Shown in pieces: positions 36,088 to 48,603 of a stretch of DNA of 64,000 bases; within the stretch, counting starts at the first letter, position 1, and every line of letters starts with the position of its first letter. A program made the translations under genes and the position numbers. The stretch is taken from positions 218,860,001-218,924,000 of the forward strand of contig OX597814.1 of NCBI GenBank assembly GCA_951406725.2, in the 5' to 3' direction. Origin of the DNA: Octopus vulgaris. Lineage: Eukaryota. The notes under the pieces are model-generated. The model searched no databases. It was not told where the DNA came from and saw nothing but the letters and a program-made list of their open reading frames with translations.

Positions 36088-37014
36088 CATCCAGCTCGCT
36101 GCCTTCATTTTTTTGGTATCATCGAGTAGTGTGTCATAGACACAAAATGGTATCTATTTCTAGATGCATCTACAAATACTGTGATGTCAGCTCTCTTATC
36201 TCTTTCTTTCTCCATCATTCACCTCCCCCCCTCACCTCTCTCTCTCTCTCTCTCCCTTTCCCTTTTCACTTTAATTTAAACCCGTCTTTCGCTGTTCTTT
36301 CAGTCTTCCTTACATGTAAACCAAAATACATTTTATGTTCTCTCAGCAATGTAGTTACTCTAAGCAATGAATGTACCTTTAGCAATTTTGTACCTGCTGA
36401 AGAATGGCAGCCAGATTTTATGAGAATGCACTGCAGAATTCCTTCTTGTGATGTGACATTAGTTTTGTCTACTTCTAGGATTTCTCTTCAAAGTCATTTG
36501 TTTTCTGCTACACTTTACTTTGGCTGTAATACTCAAGTACTGGTTAGGAACACCACAGGCAGACAAACTGACTGACTGATTATAACTATGCAGGTTCACA
36601 CCCATGCGATCACAATATCACATGTAAATGGTGAAAATCAAAACCGACCTTGAATTATTAATTTCTAAATGCATATTTTTCTTGTTTATTATTATTACAC
36701 ACATTAACTTCCCAATAAATTACAGTTTATTATTATTACTTACTTACTTACATTGGGGTGCATTTATTATTTTTTGTCATTATTATTTCATCCCCAGAGG
36801 AAACTTGTAGTTGCAGTGTGCCAAATGGTATTAGATTAATCTGTAATTTCTACTTCCTCCTTCACTTTATCATCATCATCATCATTGTCACCATCATCAT
36901 CACCAGGATTATTATCACTTTTTGGCAACATCAGTACATGATACTAACATCACTATCATCATCATTGGCAACATCAGTATTGTTGCTGCTAGTTGTTGTC
37001 ACTATTTATTGTTC

Positions 37015-37258
37015 TATCATCATCATCATCATCATCGTTTAACGTCCGCTTTCCATGCTAGCATGGGTTGGACGGTTCAACTGGGGTCTGGCGAGCCCGA
37101 AGGCTGCACCAGCCAGTCAGATCTGGCAGTGTTTCTACAGCTGGATGCCCTTCCTAATGCCAACCACTCCGAGAGTGTAGTGGGTGATTTTATGTGCCAC
37201 CGACACAGGTGCCAGACGAGGCTGGCAGACGGCCACGCTCAGATGGTGTTTTTTATGT
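37015..37258 (-). mobile_element. RTE 3' end carrying a single copy of the 63-bp unit
   Basis: Same subfamily as 13266-14122, with one unit at ~37190-37258. Confidence 0.85.
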
Positions 37259-38079
37259 TTCAATTTAACTATGTCTCTGTCTGTCTCTCTGTCTCTGTCT
37301 CTGAGTGGGGTGAAGAAAGTGATAAATTAATTGCTCAAGTTTTCATAATTTAAGACATCAATCCCTTATGGGTTTTAGTCTGACTCGGTTCAAGTAGGGG
37401 GTGAAATTAACAATGTAAAGGAAATGGAAATTAACCCCCATCTCTGCCAGTGCTCCTCATCATACCTGTATTTGTACTTTGTTATGGAAGACACCTGGTC
37501 CCTCAGCTATTACCACTAAATGGCTTAACATATCTGATGGAATAGGGTTCAGGTCTATCACCCATGAAGTCAACCAAGTAATGTAGAAAACTATGGCATG
37601 GTATCCACAACTGGATACTCTTCCTAATGCCAACCACTTAACTGCATAGACTGAGTGCATTTTTCATGCCATCAGCATTAGTGAGATTCCTGTGCAGTTT
37701 GCAAAACTACAAACTCCAACAGAGGCAAATTCATACTAGGAGATGAGAGGTTAAAGAGGCAGGAGCAGAAGAGGTTAAATTTTAGAAGAGGGGGAAGCGA
37801 TAAAAATAATAGTGATGAGATACGAAGTGAGTAGGAACAGAGGAACCAGGAGTGTGGGTGAACAGGGGTTGCAAGACTATAAGGAATGGGTGAGGGAGGT
37901 ATGTGAATATAATGAATGAAGAACAAGTGTTGAGGGGTGGGTGGAATGAATGATGGATAAGGGGTGTGGGTGTCCAATGCTGCATAAGGGTAAATAGTAA
38001 TGTTGACAGGGGAAGGACGAGTGTGAGAGATGTAGATGACATGTGGTTGAGTATACTGCCAGAGTAGGGTCTGCCTGTT

Positions 38080-38480
38080 AGTCTACTTCTGATTCCCTTC
38101 TACCTCTAGTGTATCCACAACTTGCAATGGGTATTGTGTATGGAGTTTATATCCATGCCAAGTCATATTAAGCAAAGCTATTTCCCTGAGAAGGCAAGAT
38201 CCCATTTTTCTTACTAACCCCCATCTTTGCTAAGTTGTTTACCTTAAGACCTCCCAAATCTAGTTATAGCTTCCAAACCTGGAATTTTCTCTCTAATTCC
38301 TCTACAGATTGAACTATGAGAACTAAACAATCAGTATATAAGAGTTCCCATGGACATCCAGTCTTAAAAAACTCCTCTCTGATTGCCTGTTGGACTATGA
38401 TGAATAGGAGGGGACTGAGGACTAAACCTTGATGGACTCATGCCCACATGCGAAATTTGTCCCTGAAATCATTGTTGACT
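38080..38480 (-). mobile_element. RTE RT remnant
   Basis: Minus strand reads VHQGLVLSPLLFIIVQQAIREEF-KTGCPWELLYTDCLVL..ELERKFQVWK. Homologous to 343-630. Confidence 0.8.
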
Positions 38481-39208
38481 TTCACTTATTGCATCTTTAT
38501 AGTTATTCACCTACACCTAGTTTCCTTACTAACCACCAAGTTATTGGGTGAGGTACCCTATCAAATACCTTCTCCATGCCAATATATCTCTGCACTCCTA
38601 CTGCAAGACACCTGTTCCTTTTGCCTTATCGTACTTCCACTACTCATCACTTGGCATAAAGCTACCTCCCTCGATACTCTTCCTCTCCTGTTAATATGGT
38701 TTTGTCGTGTCACTTGGTAATCTCACTAGAGCTGTTACCATGTAAAACCTACCCAGTACACTCTGTCAGGTATTTGACGTTAAGAAGAGCATTCAGCCTT
38801 AGGAACCATGTCAAGTCTGACATTGGAGCTTGACACAGTTCTTTGGCTCTCTCTCTCTCTCTCTCTCTCTCCTGTTGAACTGTCTAAACCAGCATGACAA
38901 ACAGATGTTAAATGATGATGATAATGATTGGGTCTGTGTTATTAAATGGGTGATATTTTGGTATTTAGATAGTGTTCTGGTGTGCATTTTATATAATGTT
39001 TCTGTATGGTTTAGTCAGAGAGGAAAGCCTGTATCTGTTGCACTAGAGTAGACCCCAGGAGACACCCAGTGGTTAGCTGAAGGTGATGGATTAAGATTAC
39101 CTTAAAGGACATAGGGGCTGTTTATATGAAACAAAAACTGGTTAGGCTTCTAAACTATTTCTGTCTATTCAGTTTCACTCACAATGCTTAGATTGACTCT
39201 AGATTATA

Positions 39209-39465
39209 AATAATAAATGTGCCCTTTTAAAGCCTAGCCAGGCCCATGCGCCCGGTTTCCCAGTTTTCATGGCGTATGTGTTCCCCAGCTGGACGGGATG
39301 CCAGTCCATCGCAACGTTACTCATTTTTGCCAGCTGAGTGGACTGGAGCAATGTGAAATGAAGTGTTTTGCTCAAGAACACAACACCCCACTCGGTCCAG
39401 GAATCGAAACCACAATCTTACAATCATGATGCTGACACTCTAACCACTAAACCACGCGCCTCCAC
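39209..39465 (-). mobile_element. tRNA-derived SINE family D (~255 bp)
   Basis: 14-bp TSD gactctagattata. Inserted in an older family-B-like SINE. Homologous to 62104-62365. Confidence 0.9.
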
Positions 39466-40446
39466 GACTCTAGATTATAGTAGAAGTCATTTTGTCCAAA
39501 GAGACACACTGTAACATTGAACCTGTAACCTGAGGATTACAAACAAACTTCTGAACCATTCAGTCATGCTTGATGTGTTTATGTGTTTGTTGTTGGTTGC
39601 GGCAACTCATTTAGTCATTGCCAACCACATGCCAAATAACTTTATGATTAATTAATGCTGTTGATATTGATGTCTTGGGAAGAAAATGAAAGCAGCTGAA
39701 TGATATATAATTAGCTTTCGAAAGGTCACTCATGTTTTAGTAAAAGATATATTCTCATCTACACAAACAGTATTTTCAATACTACTCTATTTTACATTGT
39801 AAAAATAGCATGAGATTAGCATGTTTTGCTAGTATCACTGTTCTTTAATTCGCTAACGTAAACAATTAAAGTGTCAGTTTGATCATACGTGGGTTGTTCA
39901 ATGTAGGCAGATTTAAGAAACTCATTCAGATGAGTGGTTTAATTTATGTAGCTGCTATAATACACAGGCAGTGGAGCTTATCTTATAAATGTTTTTAAAT
40001 GAATGACCGGGTGGGGGGTAGTGGTGATGAATGATAACAATGAGATTCATCATCATCATCACATTGTCATCATTATAGTTGTTATTGCTAAGGGAGGGAG
40101 CTGGCAGAATTGAAACTAAGTCAAACAAAATGCTTAGTTGCTTTTTTTCCAGTTCTTTATGTTCCAAGTTCAAATACTGCCATGGTCAACTTTGCTATTT
40201 ATTTTTCAGGGTCAGTAAAATAGAATACAAGTCAAGTATCGGGGTTCATGTATTTGACTAACCCCATCCCTGCTAAAATTGCTGACCTTGGGCCAAATTT
40301 TGAAACAGTTGTTGTTGTTGTTAAAGCAACACACTGGCAAACTTGTTAGAGCATCTGAAAAAATGCTTTACAATATTTCTTCCAGTTCTTTGCATTCTGA
40401 GTTCAAATCTTATTCAGGTCAACTTTACCTTTCTTCCTTTTGAGAG

Positions 40447-40850
40447 TCTTTTACTCTTTTACTTGTTTCAGTCATTTGACTGTGATCATACTGGAGCACC
40501 GCCTTTAGTCGAGCAACTCGACCCCAGGACTTATTCTTTGTAAGCCTAGTACTTATTCTATCGGTCTCTTTTGCCAAACCACTAAGTTACAGGGACATAA
40601 ACACACCAGCATCGGTTGTCAAGCGATGTTGGGGAGACAAATACAGACACACAAACATATACACACATGTACATATATACATATATACGACAGGCTTCTT
40701 TCAGTTTCCGTCTACCAAATCCACTCACAAGGCTTTGGTCGGCCCGAGGCTATAGTAGAAGACACTTGCCCAAGGTGCCACGCAGTGGGACTGAACCCGG
40801 AACCATGTAGTTGGTAAGCAAGCTACTTACCACACAGCCACTCCTATGCC
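40447..40850 (-). mobile_element. SINE family B
   Basis: Full-length reverse match. Confidence 0.9.
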
Positions 40851-41307
40851 TGTTGATTGTTGAAATAAAGTACCAGTCAAGTTCTGGGGTGATGGTACCA
40901 ACTAAATCCACCTTTCAAAATCACAGGCCTTGTATTTAAATCAAGAACCATTATTATTGTTGTCATTATTGTTATTGCCCTTCAGGGATCAACAAAATAA
41001 AGTACTGGGTGGGGGTGGGGGATCAACTGTTCTTCTCCCACTAAATTTCTGGCATTGTATCTGTATTAGAAACTTTTTTTCTGGCTCTTATTGTTCTGAT
41101 TTCAAATAATGCTGAGATTAACTTTGCCTTTCATCCCTCCAGGGTTGATAAAATAAAGTACCCGTCAAATACTGAGATTGATGGCATCAGCCAATTCTCA
41201 GCCCTTAAACATTACTGGCTGTGTCCCTAGTTCAGAACCATTACCTTTTACAACAACTCACTGCAAGCTCCTCATCAGCACTTGTGTTCCCTAGCTATGT
41301 GCAACTA

Positions 41308-41670
41308 TTGTTACCTCTGCCTTTGTGAAGCAGGAGGTATTGCTTTCGGTCGTGTTTGTCTGTCTGGGGACAAGATATTTCAAGAACCGCTGGATGGATT
41401 CGGATTAAACTTTCAGGGATGTTTCGCCTCATGACTGGCACAAGCTGATTAGATTTTGGGATCAATCTGGTACAAGACAAGGATTCTGGATTAATTTTCC
41501 TCTTTTTTTTACTTAATCTTTGCAAGTGGTCATCATTTTTAGTATTCTTGTATGTGAGAGCAGTTGAGTTTATTTCAGATATTCTCATTTTAAAAATCAT
41601 TTCCAGCTAATTGTTGAGAAGATGTTGGTGTTACCTTGGTGGAGGTTTGCGCTCTCTGAGTGCTCTTGTT
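41308..41670 (+). mobile_element. Non-autonomous Helentron-like (HINE/DINE-type) element
   Basis: Sub-terminal inverted repeats acctctgcc / ggtggaggt, a (tgtc)-type microsatellite near the 5' end, a 3' hairpin gcgctc-tct-gagtgc and TT flanks. Confidence 0.6.
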
Positions 41671-42054
41671 ATTATTATTATTATTATTGTGGAAAAGGCA
41701 GTGAGCTGGCAGAATTGTGAGCATGCTGGATGAAATGCTTAGCAGTATTTTGCCTGTTGCTATGTTCTGAGTTCAAGTTCCACCAAGGTTGACTTTGCCT
41801 TTCATCCTTTCGGGGTCGGTAAATTAAATACCAGTGAAACACTAGGGTCAATGTGATCAACTAGTTCTCTACCCAACAATTTCAGGTCTTGTACCTTTAG
41901 TAGAAAGGATCATTATCACCATCATCATCATCAACTTTGAGTTCAGTCCACCCTGGGCTGGTTTAGCATTTCATTTCTTCAGGGTATAGTCATTCCACTA
42001 TACCCCTATTCCCCTACTCTACACAGTTGTGACCTCATTCTAAGAGCTGAAATG

Positions 42055-42478
42055 TGAAGCATGGCTGTGTGGTTAAGAAGTTTGATTCCCAGCATGTGAT
42101 TTTAGGTTCTGTTCGACTGCATGGTACCTTGGACAAGTGTCTTGGACTTGGGCTAATCAAACTCTTGTAAATTTGTTAAATGGAAACTGAAAGAAGCCCA
42201 TTGTGTATGTGTGTGTGTGTCTCCTTGTCTTGATATCATGTGAAAATTGTGTACAAGGGTTACAATCATACAAGTGGTATCCTTTGTTTCAAATGTTCTA
42301 TAAAAGCATGTCTGGACATAACAAAATATTATCTTGTTTGGAAGCAGGTGATGGTCAGTGACTGGAAGGACATCCAGCGATAGAAAATCTGCCTCTACAA
42401 ATTCTGTCTGACCCCTGCAAGAATGCCAAAATGAACATTAAAACAATGGTGATATGATGACGATGATGATGAGGATGA
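42055..42478 (+). mobile_element. SINE family E
   Basis: Same architecture as 30462-30842. Confidence 0.7.
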
Positions 42479-43046
42479 ATGTTTTTATAGCAATAATTTC
42501 TAATCTGTCTTGTAATTGATTCTGACAGAAATAATGGAGATGCCAGATAAAGATTTATGATACTGATTTTCCTTTGTATATTTTGAGTTCAAATACCACT
42601 GGGGGTGACTTTCACTTTCATCACCTGAGGTTTGATAAACTAATATCAGGCAGATCCTGGAGTCCAAATTGGTAAACCTTGTGCTGAGATGAGAAACCAG
42701 AGCTATCACTATCTGGCAGCAGCTGTTGTACAACTATTTACATAGTTGCAGCTGTTCTGCTATTATTTATACCCCATCAATTATTTTATGTCATTATTTA
42801 TGCATCGACTGTATTACGGTATTATTTATATATAAAAAAAAAATGCTATTTTGTCATGTAAATTACAGTTAATTGAAAAATGAAAGTTAGAGATCCTCTT
42901 TCTTTTTGATTGTTCTCTTTCTCTCTAATTCAATTGATTAATTGTCTGAACCAGTCCTCATAAGCTTGGTTCAATCAATCATATATTATACTCAAGCTGT
43001 CAGCTTCAAGGTTCAGTTGTTCCAATGTTATCCCCAGTAGAATAAA

Positions 43047-43637
43047 TCATCATCATCATCATCATCATCGTTTAATGTCCGTTTTCCATGCTAGCATGGG
43101 TTGGACGGTTTGACCAGGGTCTGGGAAGCCAGGAGGCTGTACCAGGCTCCAGTCTGATCTGGCAGAGTTTCTACAGCTGGATGCCCTTCCTAACGCCAAC
43201 CACTCCGCGAGTGTGATGAGTGCTTTTTATATGCCACCAACACAGACGCCAGTCAGGCATCGCTGGCATCGGCCACGTTCGGATGCTGCTTTTTATGTGC
43301 CACCAGCACGGGTATCACAACTACAATATCCATTTGGTTTTTATTTTGATGTTAATGTATTTCACTCAATAGGTCTCCTCAAGAACAGCGGGTCACCCTA
43401 CAATCCAAGGTTAGCACAGCAGGCCGTCCTGCAAGCCATGAACTCACTTCATTTGTTGGGTCTTCACAGTCACAGCATATCTCAGAGGTCTCGGTCTTTT
43501 GTCATTGCCTCTGTGAGGCCCAACATGCCACCAGCACGAGTATCACAACTACAATATCCATTCGATTTTTATTTTGATGTTGATGTATTTGACTCAACAG
43601 GTCTCCTCAAGCACAGCGGGTCACCCTGCAATCCAAG
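43047..43637 (-). mobile_element. RTE 3' end that includes the ORF C-terminus, with a duplicated 3' UTR segment
   Basis: Minus strand LGLTEAMTKDRDL-RYAVTVKTQQMK* (one frameshift) lies upstream of the (GAT)n core. 43295-43408 is repeated at 43526-43637. Confidence 0.75.
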
Positions 43638-44057
43638 AATTATTGTTGGTGTACACATGAATATGATTTCAGGTTCAGTCCCACTGCATAGCACCTCAAG
43701 AATATGACTTGTTTTATAGCCTGGGCTGACCAATGCTTTGGGAGTGAATTTGGCAGATGGAAACTTTACAAAACCCATTGTGTGTGTGATGTGTGGTTTG
43801 TGCGCATGTGTGTCTGTCAGTGTGAAAGTTTGCATTTCTGAGGACAGCTGAGCTATGGATGGAATGTTTGTCAACTAATCACCTGGTAGTTGTGCTTTCA
43901 AAGATGATTGTAATGAAGGCTCTCTTCTGGCTCTCTTAGGTTAGCAAAAGAAAAGCATCCAACTGTAAAACAACATCTCAGTTATATGTACTCCTCTAAC
44001 CAATGCTAGCTTAGAAAAATGAGCCTTATAACAAAAATATTGAAGAAAATATTAATA

Positions 44058-44234
44058 AGCAGGAGTGGCTGTGTGGTAAGTGGCTTGCGTGCCAACCACA
44101 TGGTTCCGGGTTCAGTCCCACTGCGTGGCATCTTGGGCAAGTGTCTTCTACTATAGCCTCGGGCCGACCAAAGCCTTGTGAGTGGATTTGGTAGACGGAA
44201 ACTGAAAGAAGCCTGTCGTATATATGTATATATT

Positions 44235-44267
<33 letters not shown>

Positions 44268-44470
44268 TTGTCTCCCCAACATCGTTTGACAACCGATGCT
44301 GGTGTGTTTACGTCCCCATCACTTAGCGGTTCGGCAAAAGAGACCGATAGAATAAGTACTGGGCTTACAAAGAATAAGTCCCGGGGTCGATTTGCTCGAC
44401 TAAAGGCGGTGCTCCAGCATGGCCGCAGTCAAATGACTGAAACAAGTAAAAGAGTAAAGAGTAAAAGAGT
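44058..44470 (+). mobile_element. SINE family B
   Basis: Full-length match. Confidence 0.9.
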
Positions 44471-44798
44471 AAGCATAATTCAACTTCTATGAGTGGAAGA
44501 TGCAACGTGCAGCTGTTGTTTTGTCTGTTTATAGTGTTGCAATGTTGCACTCAAATCTTCTCATGCATAAGTAGAACCACCAACAGTATTACTGGCTAAG
44601 ACGCAAAAGTAAGAAATCCCTAGTGCCTACTTATTTATATGAGTATTATGGGTTTAACCAATATTGTTTATATTTATTGTAGCTGTATATTTATATTTAT
44701 TGTAGAGAGTAATTTTGCACTGGTTTTATTTCAATTCTTTATCATTATTTGCTTTTTATCTTTTTGTGTCAGTCTGATCTGGTGCAGTCTGATCTGGC

Positions 44799-46240
44799 AA
44801 GTTATGAGGAAATAAACAATCTTCCAAATTGCGGCAGCCAAATGTTAAGGGTCACTTAGAAAAAATGAACTACTAACTTAGGTATTTGTTGTTTAGAATT
44901 CTGTTAAAAGTGCTAATAGTTACTGCTTATGATCTTACATTATTGGAACGTTCAGCTGTTAACATGGTGGCTTGTGAGAGATGACCAGTGTCCTTTGATG
45001 AAAAACAAAGGATTGTGTGCCCTCACCAAGAGGGCACATCAAATTCTGTTATAGCAACTACTGTAGGAAGGTCTACAAGTGTTGTGCAATGAATTGTAGC
45101 TCATTTTAAGTCATCAGAATCAACAGATGCTAAACCCAAAACTGGCAGACCTAATAAAACTCAACCAAGACAGGATTGTATTATGGTTAAAATGTCACTG
45201 AAGGACAGGTTTAAGAGTGCTGCAGCGATATCCCATGAGTTTAGCTCCACTTCTGATGTCAGTTTCTCAGAAGGTACAAGGTTCTGGGTTGCTTGCTCAG
45301 ACACTGGCAAAGAAACCTCTGATCTCCAAGAAGAATCAAAGAGCCTGTCTTCGTTTCGCTCACGAACTTCATTTAGACAGAAGAATAGTGGTCACAAGTT
45401 CATTTTAGCAATGAATCGATGTTTAATGTGATTTGTTCCGATGGCAGGATGTACATCCAACAAAGAAGTGGTGAAAGGTTATCTCCTGCATGTGTGAAGA
45501 AGAATTGAAATATGGAGGAGGCAGTGTAATGGTATGGAGAGTGATCTCTGCTGCTGGTTCTGGTCCACTTATTCACCTACAAAGGACTGCCAATGCTGAA
45601 CTCTACAAGCAGATTCTTAGACAGCATGCCCTTCCACACCTCCGATCCTCGTCAGCTCAACCTCCTATCTTTGTGCAGGACAACACTCTCTGTCATACCG
45701 TGAAGAGAGTCAGAGATTTTTTGAGTGATGAAGGAGTTGATCTCATGGTCTGGCCACCTCAAAGTCCTGATCTCAACCCTATAAAAAACGTTTGGAAGAT
45801 TATTTGAGATGGAGTGCAAAGGAGAAATCCATAGAACCAAGATGAACTCTGGGAATTGTTGAAAAACGAATGGAACAATATTACTCCATCATTTCGCAAG
45901 AAATTAATTCAGTCCTGTGGTAACAGATGTCAGGAGGTCATTGGTGGTAAAGGGACGTTCACAAAATATTAATAGAAAGGGTTTCTTTTTCTGTTCTTGT
46001 TCCATTCTTCATTATTTTTCTAAGTGACTTTTGGCCATGCAATTTGGAAGATTATTTGTTTTTTTCCTCATAACTTATGAAATATTCCATTCACTTGAAA
46101 TTTTCACAAAAGATAGATATTAGATATATCTAAATATCTAAATATGTGTAAAATATCTCGTCTCAATGTTTTGTTAATCTTCTATTATAAATATTTCAAT
46201 ACACTTGTTCTTACTGACCCTCCTATTATGGCCACTACTG
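44799..46240 (+). mobile_element. Tc1-family DNA transposon, inactive, left TIR truncated
   Basis: 44799-44870 is an inverted copy of ~46005-46076. The right end is ..ggccactactg|TA. Confidence 0.85.
44964..45972 (+). pseudogene. Tc1 DD34E transposase pseudogene
   Basis: HTH region with KTGRP, then FSNES (D>N), KYGGGSVMVW, FVQDN, WPPQSPDLNPIKNVW (E>K), ending GKGTFTKY*. Several stops and frameshifts. Confidence 0.9.
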
Positions 46241-46699
46241 TACATTTATTAAATTCTAATGACATTTCAATTAAAAAATATTGGGCATTAAATTAGACAC
46301 CCCAAATTATCTAATTTGATTTTCCTAATAATGATTTCTAGCATAGGAATATGGCCATGAATTTTAGGAAATAATAATGATGAAAAAAGGCAAAAAAAAA
46401 CACACCACAACTTTTGGTTGTAGAAAGAGTTGATTAGATAAAAGGCAAAGTCAAACTCCAAAAAAGGCTTTAACACAAAATTTTACTAAACACCACAAAA
46501 AATATTCTTTAGTTCACTTGCTCTACCATTTCTGACAAACTATGCATAAAGTCACTTTACAAGTGTGGTCTTTATAAAAAAATGAAAAGATCTCTGGTCA
46601 TTGTGAGATAATTATTAAATAGATATTAAAGAAATTGGGGAAGCTTGATTGTTTGAGAAAGATTTTTAAAAGCACTTTATAAATATTACATCATTGTAT

Positions 46700-48030
46700 G
46701 AATGAGACCATCAGATGCATTTCTACAGCATTATCTCATTTCGAAGATGTTCTCTTAATGATATTCTTAGCATGGATCTTTCCATGGTCTTTTGCATTGT
46801 GGCCAATTGATGTTCTATCCTCTTCATAGTAACCCACATCTCACTTGCATATAAGAGCACAGATAGGACACAGTGCCAGTAAAGGGTCTGGCACATAGGG
46901 TATTGCCTAGCTTTGTTTTGAGTACACCCTTTATTGAGTTAAATGCCTTCCATCATGAAACTATTCTCTGAGATTCCAGCATCCATATCTTGGTGCATAT
47001 TCACTTCGTGCCCTAAGTAGATGTACTCCTTTGTGGAGGCGCAATGGTCCAGTGGTTAGGGCAGCGGACTCGCGGTCGTAGGATCGCGGTTTCGATTCCC
47101 AGACCGGGTGTTGTGAGTGTTTATTGAGCAAAAACACCTAAAAAGCTCCACGAGGCTCCAGCAGGGGATGGTGGTGATCCCTGCTGTACTCTTTCACCAC
47201 AACTTTCTCTCACTCTTACTTCCTGTTTCTGCTGTACCTGTATTTCAAAGGGCCGGCCTTGTCACTCTCTGTGTCACGCTGAATATCCCCAAGAACTGTG
47301 TTAAGGGTACACGTGTCTGTGGAGTGCTCAGCCACTTACACGTTAATTTCATGAGCAGGCTGTTCCGTTGATTCGGATCAACCGGAACCCTCGTCGTCGT
47401 AACCGACGGAGTGCTTCCTAGAGATGTACTCCTTTACCTCCTTCATTTCATTGCTTCCCACCTCTATTCATTCTTGTGCTACATCTTCCAACACATATAT
47501 TTCGTTTTAATACAATTCATTTTAAAATCTGCTGCTAAGCTATGAGTATCCAGCTCTGTCAGCATGGCTTGCAGCTGGTCTGTGGCTTCAGTGATGAGTA
47601 CGATACCATCTGTGAATCACAGATGTGTTAGTTGCTTGTCATTAATGTTCTTGACATCTGTCTAGTCAATGTCATCATCATCATCATCGTTTAATGTCCG
47701 TTTTCCGTGCTAGCACGGGTTGGACGGTTCGACTGGAGTCTGGGAAGCCAGGGGCTGCACCAGGCTCCAGTCTGATCTGGCAGTGTTTCTACAGCTGGAT
47801 GCCCTTCCTAACGCCAACCACTCCGCGATGACTATTTCTAGACATGCGGTAAAGAGTTTTGAAGAGAAGGTATCTCCTTGCTTGATAAGGTATCTCCTTG
47901 CTTGATGCCCTTCTCAAATGGGACCCTTAATGATGTTGATAGCAAAGTTGTATCTGTTGTATATCCAGACTTCACATCTCTGAGCAGTTTGACACATTGT
48001 ACCCTGACACCTTGCATCTGCTAACATGAT
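46700..48030 (-). mobile_element. RTE-type RT remnant interrupted by two younger insertions
   Basis: Minus strand reads EKGIKQGDT(dup)FSSKLFTACLE, NINDKQLTHL*FTDGIVLI..QLQAML..FKMN..KTKYM, KEYIYLG. Interrupted at 47033-47421 and 47672-47827. Confidence 0.8.
47033..47421 (+). mobile_element. SINE family A
   Basis: 14-bp TSD agatgtactccttt at 47019-47032 and 47422-47435. Confidence 0.92.
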
Positions 48031-48546
48031 TGACACAATCTGTGTGATAACCTGGAGCACAAATAACAATTTGGAAGTTCTGCAAATTGAAGGGTGTTCG
48101 GTGCCGCTTCTGCTACTTAAATGTAAGGGATTTCAAAAATACCTTAAATCTTTGATGTTAAATGTCAACTTCGAATACTGTAAATATTTCAGATGAAACA
48201 ACAAATATTAAAAACATGTTTTGACATTTTTTTGTTTTGTTTTTTAAACATATTCAATAATTTTAAAATTACTGAAATTTATAAAATAATTACTGTATAT
48301 TCTGGCATACAGGTCTATGTACAATATTATAAACCTGTAATGTAAATATTCAAACATTGTTACTATCTTTTCAAATCCTCCTGCATTTCCCGTGGAACTT
48401 TTGGTTCTCCAAAGTTGTTTTGGTGTAGAAGTCAGCCCATCTTTTTTGGCTGCAAATTTTGGTCTGAAGCTCTGATTTGTATGCCAGAAAATATGTTTTG
48501 TTTTTTTTGTTCCATTTGTTAATTTTTTTTTTTGTCTTTATTGTAG

Positions 48547-48603
48547 TATATCAGCACATGACCTTGTCTACATTGGCCTTCGTGATGTTGATGCAGTAGA
48601 GAG
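48547..48603 (+). CDS. ARG: Arginase exon (57 nt, phase 2 to 2)
   Basis: Poly-T tract and ttgtag acceptor. Reads (C)ISAHDLVYIGLRDVDAVE(R). Donor ag|gtagcg. Contains the YIGLRDVD motif. Confidence 0.95.

Noticed and set aside
35940-36575. 211-aa ORF as a nested gene
   Set aside because: It starts inside a SINE, runs through (CT)n low-complexity sequence and has no recognisable domain.
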